Assembly (NCBI RefSeq): GCF_009914755.1
Contig: NC_060930.1
Origin: the human T2T-CHM13v2.0 reference genome, Homo sapiens
Reading direction: 5' to 3' (one strand)
DNA length: 64,000 nucleotides
Position numbers and translations under genes: made by a program. Positions 11,926 through 25,295 of the stretch are shown here, in pieces. Below the pieces are notes generated by a model that made no database searches, was not told where the DNA came from, and saw only the letters and a program-made list of their open reading frames with translations. Each line of letters starts with the position of its first letter. Within the stretch, counting starts at the first letter, position 1.

Positions 11926-13916
11926 ACATCCACCATGAATGGTCTATTGTAATGAACAGTAAATATCCCACATTGCGGGACTCCTTAGAGAATTGAATAT
12001 AGAAATAGACACTGTTAAACACCATGTGAGAGATGAACATGCATTTCTGAACATAGTTAACTTATGGTCCAGGGAAGATACTTTTGGAAATGTTGATGTA
12101 AATGAACAATTCAACCCTAGGTGCTCTGATTCTTTTGACTACATTTTATTCTCTCTCTTGCTCCATAGCCACCTACACTCTTACTTTCACCCTGACAATC
12201 TGTTTTGCTGTCTTTGTCTTCTTTCTACCTCTCCCCTGAAACTCATCTCTTGGACAAAGGAAGCCCTCATTATTATTATTATTTCATAGACAGCAGCCAA
12301 GTTTAAAATCTGGACTTATGGGTAGGAATTTTGGAAAGGCTGTAATTTCTTTCTTAGTTGGTGAAAAGGGGCTTTTGCCATTATTCTTTCCCAGACTTCT
12401 TATAAGACTTACACCATCAAAATTGTCTCTCACAACATTCATACTCTTTGCAGCTTTTAAATCATAGAGAAGATGGAGACTGTCTGAGGAGCTTGGCCAG
12501 GCCAGCCTCTGGGATACCGTTTGACATCAGCTCCCTTTTTGGTGGTCATATGCATGTGATTTGTCCCCACATCCCCATCTGTGCTGACCTTCCTCCCACC
12601 ACTTACTTACTGGGGCTCTCGGCCCTTGTTAACAAGAGTAGGAGCAGCCAAATAGTTAGGGATGATGTGATTTCCCCCTTCACTCTCAGATGGACGATAG
12701 ATCACAGACTCGCTATCATCAGCATCCCTGGATCTCGTTTGGGAAACACTCCTTTTTATGACTTTAGACTACGTTTATGTCAATGAAAATCATCCCCAAG
12801 CTACAGGAATTTGACTCAATAGCTAATTTCTCTTAATTTGCCCACAGCTGTTTTACCTGTGTTGACAATTTTCCTAAAGAAAAATGTTACCCCTTGTGGA
12901 GTTAAAGGCTTTTTCAATTTTGCCAGCATGTCAGAAATAAATGGCGTGCTAGTGCAAAGTTGCTTTTCAGTGAACCATGATCTTGCCAAAGCTGCATGTC
13001 CTCCCACTACATCACGGCTGTGAAAGGGAACTTTTAAAGCAGGTGGTGCCTGAGGTTTAAGGCTGGCTGGAGACAAAAACAAATGGAGGAGGCAACTGTT
13101 TTGAAAAACTACAACTCCCGTGTGGAAGCCCCATTTGGGAATCAACGTTTTAACCTACAGTGGTTGAAATACTTAATTAAATTCAAAGTAGAAGCTGGCT
13201 GCCACAAGACACCATCTCACCATTCCTTTATGAGCCCTTTAAAGTTGTAACTCAAACTTTTGCAAGTCAGTTTTAAGGCAGATTTGTTGACACACTTGTG
13301 GATGGCCAAAGTCAGGCTGTTGGTTTGCTTATTCAAAAGAATGGAAATTGTCTCTATGTACACGGTAACAGGGCTGTGATTCATAATCACTGCCTCTCAA
13401 TGTTATGCTTTATTTCTCTTCCAGAAATAGCAATACACTTTCTTTCTTTAGACATTCTAGGTGTTTTGGAATACATAGATTTGTTTACTTTTTTACTACT
13501 TCTAAGATTGCTGGTCTCATTAGTGGAATGAAGAAATTCAAGTTGAGTGTTATCCTTCCTTGCATCTCTAACTCCTGAGGCAGAGCTGGTTGGGCAAATG
13601 TCAGGAAGTGAATGAGTGAGTGATGATGGTAACGGGTGAAGTCGTGTTTATGGTCATATACAGGGCTGAGTACCAAAGGTCAACATTTCCTTTCAGTCAG
13701 TAATAGGCTCACTGCTGTTAGATAACAACTAATATTTTCAGGGGAAAAAAGTCAGCTTAGAAATGAAGATTTATCTTTCCCCACCCAATCCCAGAAAATG
13801 ATTTTGTATTTATTTTGATCTAGGCCCATTGTTTTTGGCTGTGATTCAAGAAAAGTAGAACAACCCTCTTTCCAAGTGGGAATTTGGGGGCTGCTATCTT
13901 TCTCTATATTTTTAAA

Positions 13917-14143
13917 TCCTCAAAATCAGTAGGGGTAATACTGCCCCCAGATGAATAAAAATTGGTTCTTAAGGGGTGTGTTTTAAAAATCCTTTTTATA
14001 TATAAGTCACAGATATACATATATGTAGTACATAAACACTATATCTGTGATATTAGAATCATACGGGGGATTGATTAGGGAAGATGTCTAAAAAGGGTTC
14101 CTTGGCGGAGGGGTGGTAATGAGTAAAAGATTGAGAAACGCTG
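13917..14143. mobile_element. hAT-Charlie-type MITE (subfamily uncertain)
   Basis: Ends in Charlie-like TIR 'ttgagaaacgctg'; internal 11-bp inverted repeat tcacagatata (14007-14017)/tatatctgtga (14040-14050). Confidence 0.55.
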
Positions 14144-14296
14144 TTCTAAATGGTCACTTTTTTTATAACTTGCTATTTGTAACACTAAGCATAGTTTCAA
14201 AGTCCCTGACTCCATTTACTCATAAAGAGATCCCGTAGGTTGGACAGGGTAGAAATAACAGGTATATCAACTATTCCAATTATGTATTTGCTAATC

Positions 14297-14598
<302 letters not shown>

Positions 14599-15886
14599 TA
14601 TTTGTCAATCTTAATGGCCAAAACGTAACTATGTTATTTCAAATAGCTTCAGTGTTGCTATTAATTTACAGATTTATATCATGCCTATGTTTACATTGGT
14701 ATGTTAGCTACGTAAATATACTCCCATTACAATTAATAAAATTGATATAATCTTTTTGAGGAAGAAAGAATTTTTAAGAAAGAATGATCATTCATTTTAG
14801 ACAATATTTGGCCCAACACAATAATAGATAGTTAATTTGTGATCAGTTAATAATTAAGTTCTCTTTATTATAAAAATGTCATGCTGACATATGTGATTAA
14901 AACTTCTTGGATAGAATCTATTGCTGCTGTTATTGCTGAGGTAAGAACTAAGGGAAATCTTCCCTTTCATGTGTAAAGAGTTATATCCCCTTTTAATCTG
15001 TGATATCAGCATTTGTCCAAAAGCAGTTCTGTTTTCCAAAGATGATCATCCAGGCTAGGCATTAGAAAAACAGAAAAATCTATTAAAAAGAAAACATAAA
15101 TCTGAGCTGTGTATTTGAAATAAAGAAACTAGCACTTTCCAAAGTAAATGAAACAGGGTTTATCTTATTTTTCTCAGAAAAGGAAGGTTTGAAGCTAACC
15201 CATTTATGATTTCAAAGTCATGAACGGATTGGTGAAATAGTGATGGATCCAATGTATATTTTATAGTAGCATGGAATTTAAAAAATAGGAACTCCTACAA
15301 TATTATTTCATCCAAAGCATAATAAATAGAGAGAGTAGGGTCATTGGAGTCGATGATTTAAACAAATACCGTAGCTCAAGAGGCACCTAACATTGTGTGG
15401 AAAAAGTTGAAAAATGGCATTCGTCTGCTTGGTGTTTTAAACACACTCCTCCTTCACGATTAACATGAAGATAAACCAAGTGAGGCCAGCTTTGCATTTT
15501 TCTTTTGGGTCAAAGGAAGTCACTAAGATATAATTTCATGTCCTACTCTGAAAATTTGGGGCTTAGTGTTATCATGATTTAGGCCATGTTTTTCATGGAT
15601 TATACTGAGAAAGAAAAGTTGCTACAGTGCTCAGACCATTTAATTCCTTAGGAAAGTAACGTGATAGTTTCTCATGCCTCACATGAAGTCCACGCTGGGG
15701 AAAGGTGACCTTCTGAGTGCAAACCCCGTCCTGAGGTGTGGGGTCTTAAGGTGCCCATACTATTCAGTTTGCGAGTAGGGAGAGTAGATGCTAAGTTAGT
15801 TGTTAAGTGAATAAATCAGACTGTGAACTTCTCTTGGACAGGAACTGTGATTTTCTTGATGTAAAGGGGCATCAAGAAGGAGGAGG

Positions 15887-16285
<399 letters not shown>

Positions 16286-16359
16286 ATGATCTATAGACAG
16301 GAGATGAGGCAAACAAAGTTCACATCCTTCAAAGTCATCCTAGAGTCATTCCAGAGGGC

Positions 16360-16600
16360 TGTAGACTTTGGCCCAAACCTTTAAACCTGCCTCAGTTTCT
16401 ATTTATGTCAGATAAAACTTACTTCTGTGCCATCTTTTTCTTTCAGGAAATGATTGATCCAGAAGGGTTTTGCAAATGACTTAATAGCTTTTAGACTTGT
16501 TTCTTTGTCAATAAATGGGGACACCAATAGTTACTTTCATGTTTCTTCATAAAACATGTAGAACGTGCTCAGCATGTAGTGGGTGATCATGTAAGTAGGA
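16360..16600 (+). mobile_element. MIR fragments
   Basis: 'aacctgcctcagtttct', 'taaatggggacaccaatagttac', 'tgtagaacgtgctcagcatgtag'. Confidence 0.45.
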
Positions 16601-16620
16601 ACTCTCTATTAGGGTTCAAC

Positions 16621-17099
16621 TGAAACCAAAAGTTGCTGTGTGAAGATAGAATTGAGACCACCCATGTCAACATGATTTGTTTGTTCATGGGACACTTTGC
16701 CCAGGGGAGATAAGGTTGAAAATCAAAAATTATTTTCACTGTTTGCTTCAGGAAATTTCTTCAGTCAATTTATTGGAGAAAATAGCCTGCTCACCAAGGC
16801 AAACAGCTTGCTTATTTAAAAAACAGTGAACTTACCCACACTCACTTCGAGACAGTCATTTTGATGCATCCACCAATCCCAAATGCCCAGTCCCTATCAT
16901 TCCTTACCTTGGAATACCTGCCTTAAACAACTCGAGCCCAGAGCCCAAAGTCAGAAGGCTCCACTGCTGGCTTTGTTCTTCTGAGACTCTGCTAAGATTC
17001 CGTTAAGGTGATGTTGTCTCTTCCTGCAATGAGCTCAAATAAACTTAATTTTGCTTAATTAGCAGTTAATTGACTGGTGACATTTTGGGGGATTCAACA
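16621..17099 (+). mobile_element. ERV1-class solo LTR (MER89/MER90/MER110 group)
   Basis: TG...CA ends, CCAAT (~16872), 'ctgagactctgctaagattcc', AATAAA at ~17038 followed by a U5-like tail '...gggggattcaaca'. Confidence 0.55.
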
Positions 17100-17211
17100 A
17101 TAATAATTATACACTGGGTTTTGATCTCTTCATTGTATCACGTGTGTTGGTGCTAATGGCAGTGGCAGTAGGCTTTCCTCTGCTCAGTCCTTGGGCTACT
17201 CTCTGGTGTTA

Positions 17212-17632
<421 letters not shown>

Positions 17633-17709
17633 CTGTTTTGCACCTAGAAAAAATGTTATTTTTCTTTTACTTTTCAGTGACTTTTTTCATTTATTAAGTT
17701 TTAAAATTT

Positions 17710-18492
17710 ATTTTTAATTTTTAATTGACAAATTAAATTTTATATACTTATGGGGTACACCATGATGCTGTGATATAGGTATACCCTGTAGAATGATTAA
17801 ATCAAGCCAGTTAACAGATCCATCACCTCATATACTTATTTTTTATGGTGAGAACGCTTTAAATTTACTCTTGGCCATTTTGAAATACATAATACATTAT
17901 TATTAACTATAGTCATCATGCTCTGCAGTAGATCACAAAAATGTATTTCTCCTAACTGAAATTTTGCACCCTTTGACCAGCATCTCCCCAGTCCATCCAC
18001 TGTCCTGCCCTTGGTAACCACTATTCCACTTTCTAATTCTATGTGTTTGCGTGTTTTGGATTCCACATATAAGTGAGATCACATGGTATCTGCCTCTCTG
18101 TGCCTGGCTTAATTTACTTACCATAATGTCCTCCAGGTCAATCCATGTTGTCAAAAATGAAAGCATTTCCTTCTTTTTAAAGTCTGAGTGGTGTTCCACT
18201 GTGAATATATACACCACATTTTCTTTATTTGTTCATCCATTGCTGGACACTTAGGTTGACTCCATATCTTGGCTATTGCGAATAGTGCTGCAATGAACAT
18301 GGGGGTGAAGACATTCCTTTAACGTACTGACTTCAAATCCTTTGAGCATATACCCCAAAGTGGGATTGCTGGATTGTGTGGTAGTTCTATTGTTAGTTTT
18401 TTAAGGACCCTCCATACTGGTTTCCAGAATACCTGTATTAGTTTACGTTCCCACCAACGGTATGCAAAGGTTCCCTTTTCTCCACATCTGCA
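17710..18492 (-). mobile_element. L1MA (L1MA8/9-like) 3' end
   Basis: 'atgattaaatcaagc', 'tttttatggtgagaac', 'acattattattaactatagtca', 'gattccacatataagtgagatca', 'ttcccaccaacggtatgcaaagggttccc'. Confidence 0.9.
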
Positions 18493-19200
18493 CGGTTCAG
18501 TTCAGCTCCTAAGGGAGCAGTGACACCGGCAGCTGAGGAAGCGTCATGGATTCCAGCTTCACTGATTGTCCGAAAGCCAGTGGGGCATCCCTACATGCCT
18601 AACTTACTTGGCTGCTGGGGACCCTGGCTTATTCTCTCTTTCTTGTGTAGGCACCACTATTTGCTGAGCATTCCAAAATACCTGCTTGGTTGTTCCCGGG
18701 GAAAAAAAACCCAGGCAGCAGCTAGAGCTGGGTATTCTGCTCAGGTGACCAAGATGGAAGCAAAGTTAATGAGTGACAGATGCCACACCAGAGATGACAT
18801 TGGGCGGGCCGTTGTTCCAGCCCCTTGGTTTCTACCTGGGTTTGGCAGAAAAGCAGCTAAGTCTTTGACTCGTTTGGTGTAACTTGGGCTGAATCCTGTT
18901 GTTATCTGTCAGCCTTGCTTTACAAAAACCTCATTTCCTAAGCTGAGTTTTCCATCAATCAGAATAATAAATCAGCCAAATTATCTCCATCTGGCTTTTG
19001 GCAGCAGAAAGCTCTTTAGGCTAAGAGAGAAAGGAAACCTTTATCTTCTTCAAAAGCTATAAAGCAGTCACATTTTTAAATGAATGTAAATTCAGTCTTT
19101 AAAAAATATTTTCATGCAAGATAGACAAATAAGATTTTAAACTTGAAATTCTGTAGACAGCATAGTGCAGTCATTCCAAGTTTGGCTGTCCTTGATGGTT

Positions 19201-19390
19201 AGGGTTGACAGATTCAGCGAATAAAATTACTGGAAGCCCCATTAAATTTAAATTTCAGATAAACAACAGACAGGTTTAAGCATAGATATATCCCAAATAT
19301 CATCTGGGACATACTTATACTAAAAAGTTATTTGTTGTTTATCTAAAATTCCAATTTAACTATATGTCTTGTGTTTTATCTGGCAGCCCT
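19201..19390. mobile_element. MER53 palindromic MITE (miR-1302-family source element)
   Basis: agggttgacaga...tctggcagccct termini; arms 'tttcagataaacaac'/'gttgtttatctaaaa'; core 'gggacatacttatactaaaaa'. Confidence 0.88.
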
Positions 19391-20039
19391 CCTAGGGATT
19401 CATGAAAGTGCTTGAACTAAAGCCAGGTTTCCTTACTTGTTGTTCTAGATTCTTTTGGAGCATGCTATAAGCTTGCTGTGCTTCTTAAATCGATTTATTA
19501 GGTTACCTGTGTGGTACAGAGCAAAATCCAATTAGCAAGAAACTATAAAAAAGATATTGTCACGTAGAAGCAGAAGTTTACTGTGGGAAAGGAAAAGGCA
19601 AGAACAAAATTGAGTGTTTTGAGTTCAGGCTTCAGGGAGGGAATGGAGCAATGCCTAGCACAGATCTTGAGTGTAGTGGTTGGAAATAATATTCAGCTGT
19701 CACAACTCGGTCTGAAAGTGTGTCTTTCTATCATTCATTCTTGCCAGGTTCATGCCCTGTGAAAGGCAGTCAGGGAGTCTATTTTATGACAGTGGGCTGA
19801 TTGTGGCCAGATGTTATTCTTGCTGTTTGCTACGTTTTATTGCTGTTATATTATCTTTAAACTATTGAACGATGACATGTAATGAAACTCCTAATATCCA
19901 GTAGTCAAAATCATTAAATTACAAGGTCTGCGAAGCCCATGTCCATCTTGAAAGCATTTTTCAATACCTTCCACACTTCTCTAAAGTCCATTCATTTATC
20001 TTAGTGTATTATAGCTAAGAGCCCTACATTCATGCTCTG

Positions 20040-20061
20040 AAAAAAAAAAAAAAAAAAAAAA
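20040..20061. repeat. Poly(A) tract (A22)
   Basis: Directly visible; no adjacent Alu/L1 body recognised. Confidence 0.9.
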
Positions 20062-20219
20062 CAACTTCTGGGGAAAATATGTTGATGTAGTTATTGTTTT
20101 CATTATCATACATCATGTTCACATTACTATGGGAAAGAGCCCTTTTCCCTTAGGGAAAAAAAAAACAAAAAATGTCCTGAGAGGAGGGAAGGTGGAAACA
20201 CACCAAATACAACAGCACC

Positions 20220-20930
20220 CTCCACTGGTCGTTACAGGAAAGTGTGCTTTTGTGATGTGGACAGGAGGAAGTGAAGAAGGTCATCGTAATGAGCAGCAGA
20301 TTCGGTTGCCGTTCGAAGCACAGGCGTTAGGGTATCAGAACATAAGTAAGTGATTGGAATCGGGCCATTTTTTAAAGTAGCAAGAACAATATAAAGAAGT
20401 GTCCACTGACTCTCGGTGCTGGGAACTGAGAACGGAGCTGTAAATCATCTCGAGTGAGTGTTTCGCTGTGACGTCATCGCAGAGGATGTGGGGTCCTTCA
20501 CCATGATTACGTTTTCCCTCTCCTTTTTGTTGGAATAGATTCTGACAGACAAAAGCAAATTGAACTCAGATGCACTTCTCAGCAGTCTGGAGAGGAAGCT
20601 GGATGTGAGTGCTGACCCTGGAGCCACTGGCTCTGTGAAGGTTGGTTTGCTTTGGAGCTTGACCCAGCTGCACCCGGGCGTCACCTGCTTTTCGCCGCCG
20701 CCCACCTGGAACAGGGGAAGTGTCTGCTTATTCCGCAGTGAAAGCACTCTGTTACCAGTGCCTTCCACCTAGTGCGACTCCGCCGCTTTGGCTATCTTCT
20801 CTCATCCTAGAATTCTCACTGTGTCCTAGAAAGCCCCAGTGTTAGAGGTGTGAGGATCTTTAAAGACCATCTAACCTGACCTCTGCATTTTACACCTCAT
20901 AAGTCTGAGGTGAGTCACTGAGTCATCTAT
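20220..20930. promoter_or_regulatory. Candidate enhancer/promoter (CRE, ETS/PU.1, tandem AP-1)
   Basis: About 20 CpGs by eye; TGACGTCA 20469-20476; GAGGAAGT 20265-20272; GGGGAAGT 20714-20721; TGAGTCA at 20911 and 20919. Confidence 0.5.
20840..20912 (-). mobile_element. MIR/MIR3 fragment
   Basis: 'gttagagg...ctttaaagaccatctaacctgacctctgcattttaca...ctgagg'. Confidence 0.5.
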
Positions 20931-21769
20931 ATAGAAATATTTTAGTTCAACTAGCTGCAGTGTTGCTAATAACTAACTCTGTTTGGTGGCAACACCAATT
21001 TTTCAAAGAGATGTTTCATAAAGGACCCATTATAATCCAGGACTATCCAGGATGGAGGGCATCCAGCTGCCGGACTAAGGCTATGAAACAGTTTGCTTTA
21101 TTGCTTTTAGGGTCTGTTTTATTCATGGAAATGGATGAAGTCACACCCCAAACTGATGAATGGTTAGTTTTGGTCTGTTGATGAATTATTCTTCCATAAC
21201 ATCGGTATGTGAAGTGGATGGTAAACCAGTATACCCAAGGCAAGTCTAAAATGGGGTTTGAGTTTTTCACTGGCTCCTAGAGATGCCATCAAATCAAGTT
21301 AACCTCATGGCCAAATTAATATGCATAACAAAATTGACCAACATTTTAGTATAATTAAGCAATGAGAGAGAAACTAAGAGTATCTCAGACACTTTATTTT
21401 TCTTTCATAGAAAGTTTCTAAGTTCAATTATTCCGAGTCTTAGGTTTATAAAATTGAAAAGCAACATGAAATAAAACCAAAGCAAAACAAAACACCAAAC
21501 ATGAGTTGACTCTCTTTAAAGGTCCTTAGAGCAACTTCACCATTTGAGCCATGCAGCCAAATGTTTCTAATAAATTGTGGTAAATAGATCTAAAGAAACT
21601 AAGTGTGTGTGTGGATGGTAGTCTCTCAGAAATCGAGTCAGAAATTGGTTGCCAAACCATCATCCTTCACCCACGCTGTTAGGTTTGTTTGTCACTACTG
21701 TTACTGCGGAGGTAGCCCAGGGGCAACGTAACCTCTGGTTTTCTGAAAGGTGCCGCATAGACTTCTTCT

Positions 21770-22060
21770 GTGACCAATTTCCATAAAGTTCGTTTAGCAG
21801 TTCAAACTTTATTAAGACTCTTGACAAAAACAGCTGCTAGAATTGCAAAGGAATGTAATAAAAAACATAGAGTCAGAAACAACCGGAGTCTATAAAAGCA
21901 ATATCCAGAGTGGCCAAGTCCCCTTGGGGTGCAAACTGATCCCGGTCTCCATCAGCGCCGCGCGGACCTCCGTGGGACACCCGGGCTCGACTGAAGCGCA
22001 CAGGCTGGAGGCTCCTGCCATCACCCGGCTGATAACCTAGTTACAGTCCGGGCAGGGTGC
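21770..22060 (+). promoter_or_regulatory. Candidate TATA-box promoter with downstream CpG cluster
   Basis: TATAAAAG 21891-21898, CCAAT ~21774, CpG-dense 21940-22050 (cagcgccgcgcggacc). Confidence 0.3.
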
Positions 22061-22919
22061 CAAGTAAAGAATAGCACAAGCAGGTGGGGCATGGAGTTTT
22101 AAAGTGTGAAGAAGCACTGGAGCAAATTCATTTTATGTTGCTTTTATTATGCAGTAAAAAAAAAATCTCCAACACATACTCATTTACAAAAAAAAAAAAA
22201 AATGTTCAGTTGATTGTAGTTTCCATATTAGCACGAAGGGGCACAAACTGGTGTTAGCCAGAGACTCTGAGATGCATTTGGAAATCTTATATAGCAGGAA
22301 TTCATGCTGACAATCCACTATTGTTAAGCTGCTCTGATGTGGGGACTCTTTGAAATACACTTCATATGTTATTAGAATGACCTCTAGACCGTTCAGGGAA
22401 ATATAGGGACACAATCACTGGTATTGCTATCCACATAAAAATGTAATATTCAGAAAATGAAAAATTAGAAAATATAGTTTATTTTTGTGGTTTTGACTGA
22501 AATCCCAAGTGAGGCAGTTTGAAGAAGCTGGCGTGATAACGGAGGAAATGGAATCAAAAGTTAGTTCCCTCCCTTGGCCCATCCAACACACAAGCACAGA
22601 ATGAGGAGAGGACCCTCTCTGGAGACCCTTGGAGTGCAAAATCGAATCTTCAAAGTAGGTTGTAGGAACAGACATTACCAGGACTGGCCAGTGAAGAATC
22701 ATTTTGGAGGATCTTGGATGAGTGGCCATCTTAGTGTGAAAGCTGGGGGTACAACACCCTGTGTACCGTCTTCAGAGGATGGGATTCCATTTGGGGATAT
22801 AGAGAGGCAATCATTCAAGATCTCCCAGCTGTACAGCTCCAGGCAGTACTTTTATTTGCAACTTCCCCTGCCCCCTCAATGTGAGTGTTGTCCCCTGGGT
22901 TGTCTAATGTGGTGGTCCT

Positions 22920-23250
22920 GCCATTCACTCATTCATTCATTCAACAAACATGTGAGAGCTGATTGTGTGTCAATCACTGTGCTAAGCAATGGGGATGCAG
23001 AGATGCACACACAGCCCCTGTCCTCAAGGACTTCAGAGATCAAACAGAGATAGACAAGGACAATACAAGTTCTGTGTCAAAGTTGGGAGCACAGAGGAAG
23101 ATCAACTAACTCAGATTGCCAGGGTCTGGAAAGGGTTCGAAGGTGAGGTAGCAGTGGACTGAGACCCAGAAATAAAGTCAAGTCAGTGGATAAGGGATGG
23201 AGGGTTTTTCAGGCTGAAGGATTCCTGGACAGTCTGGAGCATTTGCGGGG
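22920..23250 (-). mobile_element. L2 3' end
   Basis: 'cattcattcattcaacaaaca', 'cactgtgctaagcaatggggatgcag', 'cctgtcctcaagga'. Confidence 0.75.
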
Positions 23251-23894
23251 CACTGTGCCTGCTGAGGGAGGAGTGCTAGGTGGTGAGGCTGGAGCACGGG
23301 CAGGAGGAGGCTGTGGGGAGAGGCTGGGGAGGCCAGGGAGGCCCTGTGGGGTCCAGGGTGAGATGGCAGCCTCCTTTGCAGGGGGCTCCTGGCTTCTCCC
23401 CACTCAGCTTGCACTATGTGAGGGGACCAAAGTCTTGGACAGTGTCTGCTCTCCCCCCTACGTTGCTCATGTTTTATAAGGAAGAGTGAATGGCTCAGTT
23501 GTCCAGATTCACCAAGAGGGTCTCAAACTGGGTTCTATAAACACTGGTCAGTGTCCACTGCAGAGGGGCTGAGAAGATGCTGGAAGAGCCGTTTCCCTCA
23601 CACACTGAAGACACGATCTGTGAAGACATGAAGGCACATGTTACAGCTAAAACCCAGTTCCACTGGCATCCGCAGGACAGCACAGGCCAATCACAGCTGA
23701 CACAGATGGTGGGAGGTGCTCGTGCCTCTCACGGTGATCAGAAACAGCACCGTTGCAGGTGACGCCACTTCACTTAACACTGGGTGTGGGCGGATTCATC
23801 CGCTCTGAAAATTACGTCTTTGGTGGACATCAGCGTGGACTTGGGTGAGGACTCACAACTTTTTTGAGGGTTGTGTGTGTATGTGAATTGTTTT

Positions 23895-25295
23895 TATTTT
23901 TCACCTTTATTGAGATATAATTCATATACTTTACAACTCACCCATATAAAGTGCATAATTCAGTGGTTTTTGGCATATGATGCTACTCATTTTTTAAAAT
24001 GGTGGTAAAATAATTTTTTTTTTTTGAGACAGAATCTTGCTCTGTCTTCCAGGCTAGAGTGCAATGGCGCAATCTCAGCTTGTTGCAACCTCCACCTCCT
24101 GGGTTCAAGCGACTCTCCTGCCTCAATCCCGAGTAGCTGGGATTACAGGCACCTGCCACCACGCCCAGCTGATTTTTGTATTTTTTAGTAGAGATAGGGT
24201 TTCACCATGTTGGCCAGGCTGGTCTCGAACTCCTGACCTCAGGTGATCCACTCGCCTTGGCCTCCCAAAGTGCTGGGATTACAGGTGTGAGCCACCGCAC
24301 CCAGCCCCTTTAACAATTTTTTAAGTGTACAATCAGCAGCATTAATTACATTCACAAATCTGTGCAACTGTCCCCATATCTAGTTCCCAAATGTTTGCAT
24401 CATCTCAAGCAGAAACCCTGCCTACTGGTTATTAAACAACGATTTCCCGTTCCTCCCTTTCCCTATCCCCCTCCCCTCGCTAACTGAATCCACTTTCTGT
24501 CTCTGTGAATTTGCCTATTCTAGGTGTTTCATGGAGGTGGAACTATACACTATGTGTTCTTTTGTGTCTGGCTTATTTCACCTAGCATAATGTTCTCAAG
24601 GTGCGACCATGTTGGAGCATGTGTCAGAATGTCCTTCCTTTATATGGTTGAATCACATTCCATTGTACTTATGTGCCACATTTTATTTCTCCATTTATCT
24701 GTTGATGGACAGTTGGGTTGTTTCCACCTGTCAGCCATTGTGGATAGTGCTGTGTGGACATGGGTAAGTAACTGTTCAAGGCCCTGCTTTCAATTCGTTT
24801 GGGTATATTCCTAAGAGCAGAATTGCTGGGTTATATGGTCGTTGTTTTAGTTTTTTGAGGGACCATCCAACTGTTTTCCATAGCAGCTACACCATTTTAC
24901 ATTTCCACCAGCAAGTATGAGGGCTCTAATTTCCCTATATCTTCAGCAATACTTGTTTTCCACTTTTTATTTAACTTTTGTTATAGTCATTTTAGTGGGT
25001 GTGAAGTGACATCTCCTTGGGGTTTCATCTGCATTTCCCTAGGCACTAATGATGCTGATTTGTCATGTCCTTATTGGCCATTCGTGTATCTTCTTTGGAG
25101 AAATGTCTGTTCAAAGTCTTTGAACATTTTAAAATTGGGTTGTATGTCTTTCTGTTGTTGAGTTGTGGGCATTCTTTACATATTCTGGATGTTAAACCTT
25201 TATCAGATACATGATTTCTAAATATATATTTCCCATTCTATAGGTTGTCTTTTCACTTTCTTGCTAATGTCCTTGGATGATCCACAACTTTTCCA
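23895..25295 (-). mobile_element. L1MB 3' end(s), interrupted by Alu
   Basis: 'tttattgagatataattcatatac', 'ttaagtgtacaa', 'ctttctgtctctgtgaatttgcctattctagg', 'tatcttctttggagaaatgtct'; apparently two 3' termini (~23900 and ~23990). Confidence 0.88.
24014..24306 (-). mobile_element. AluSx/Sz
   Basis: Antisense Alu dimer with poly-T. Confidence 0.95.

Noticed and set aside
17836-18254. L1 ORF2-like short peptides
   Set aside because: Fragmented 3' end of an old L1MA; not retrotransposition-competent.
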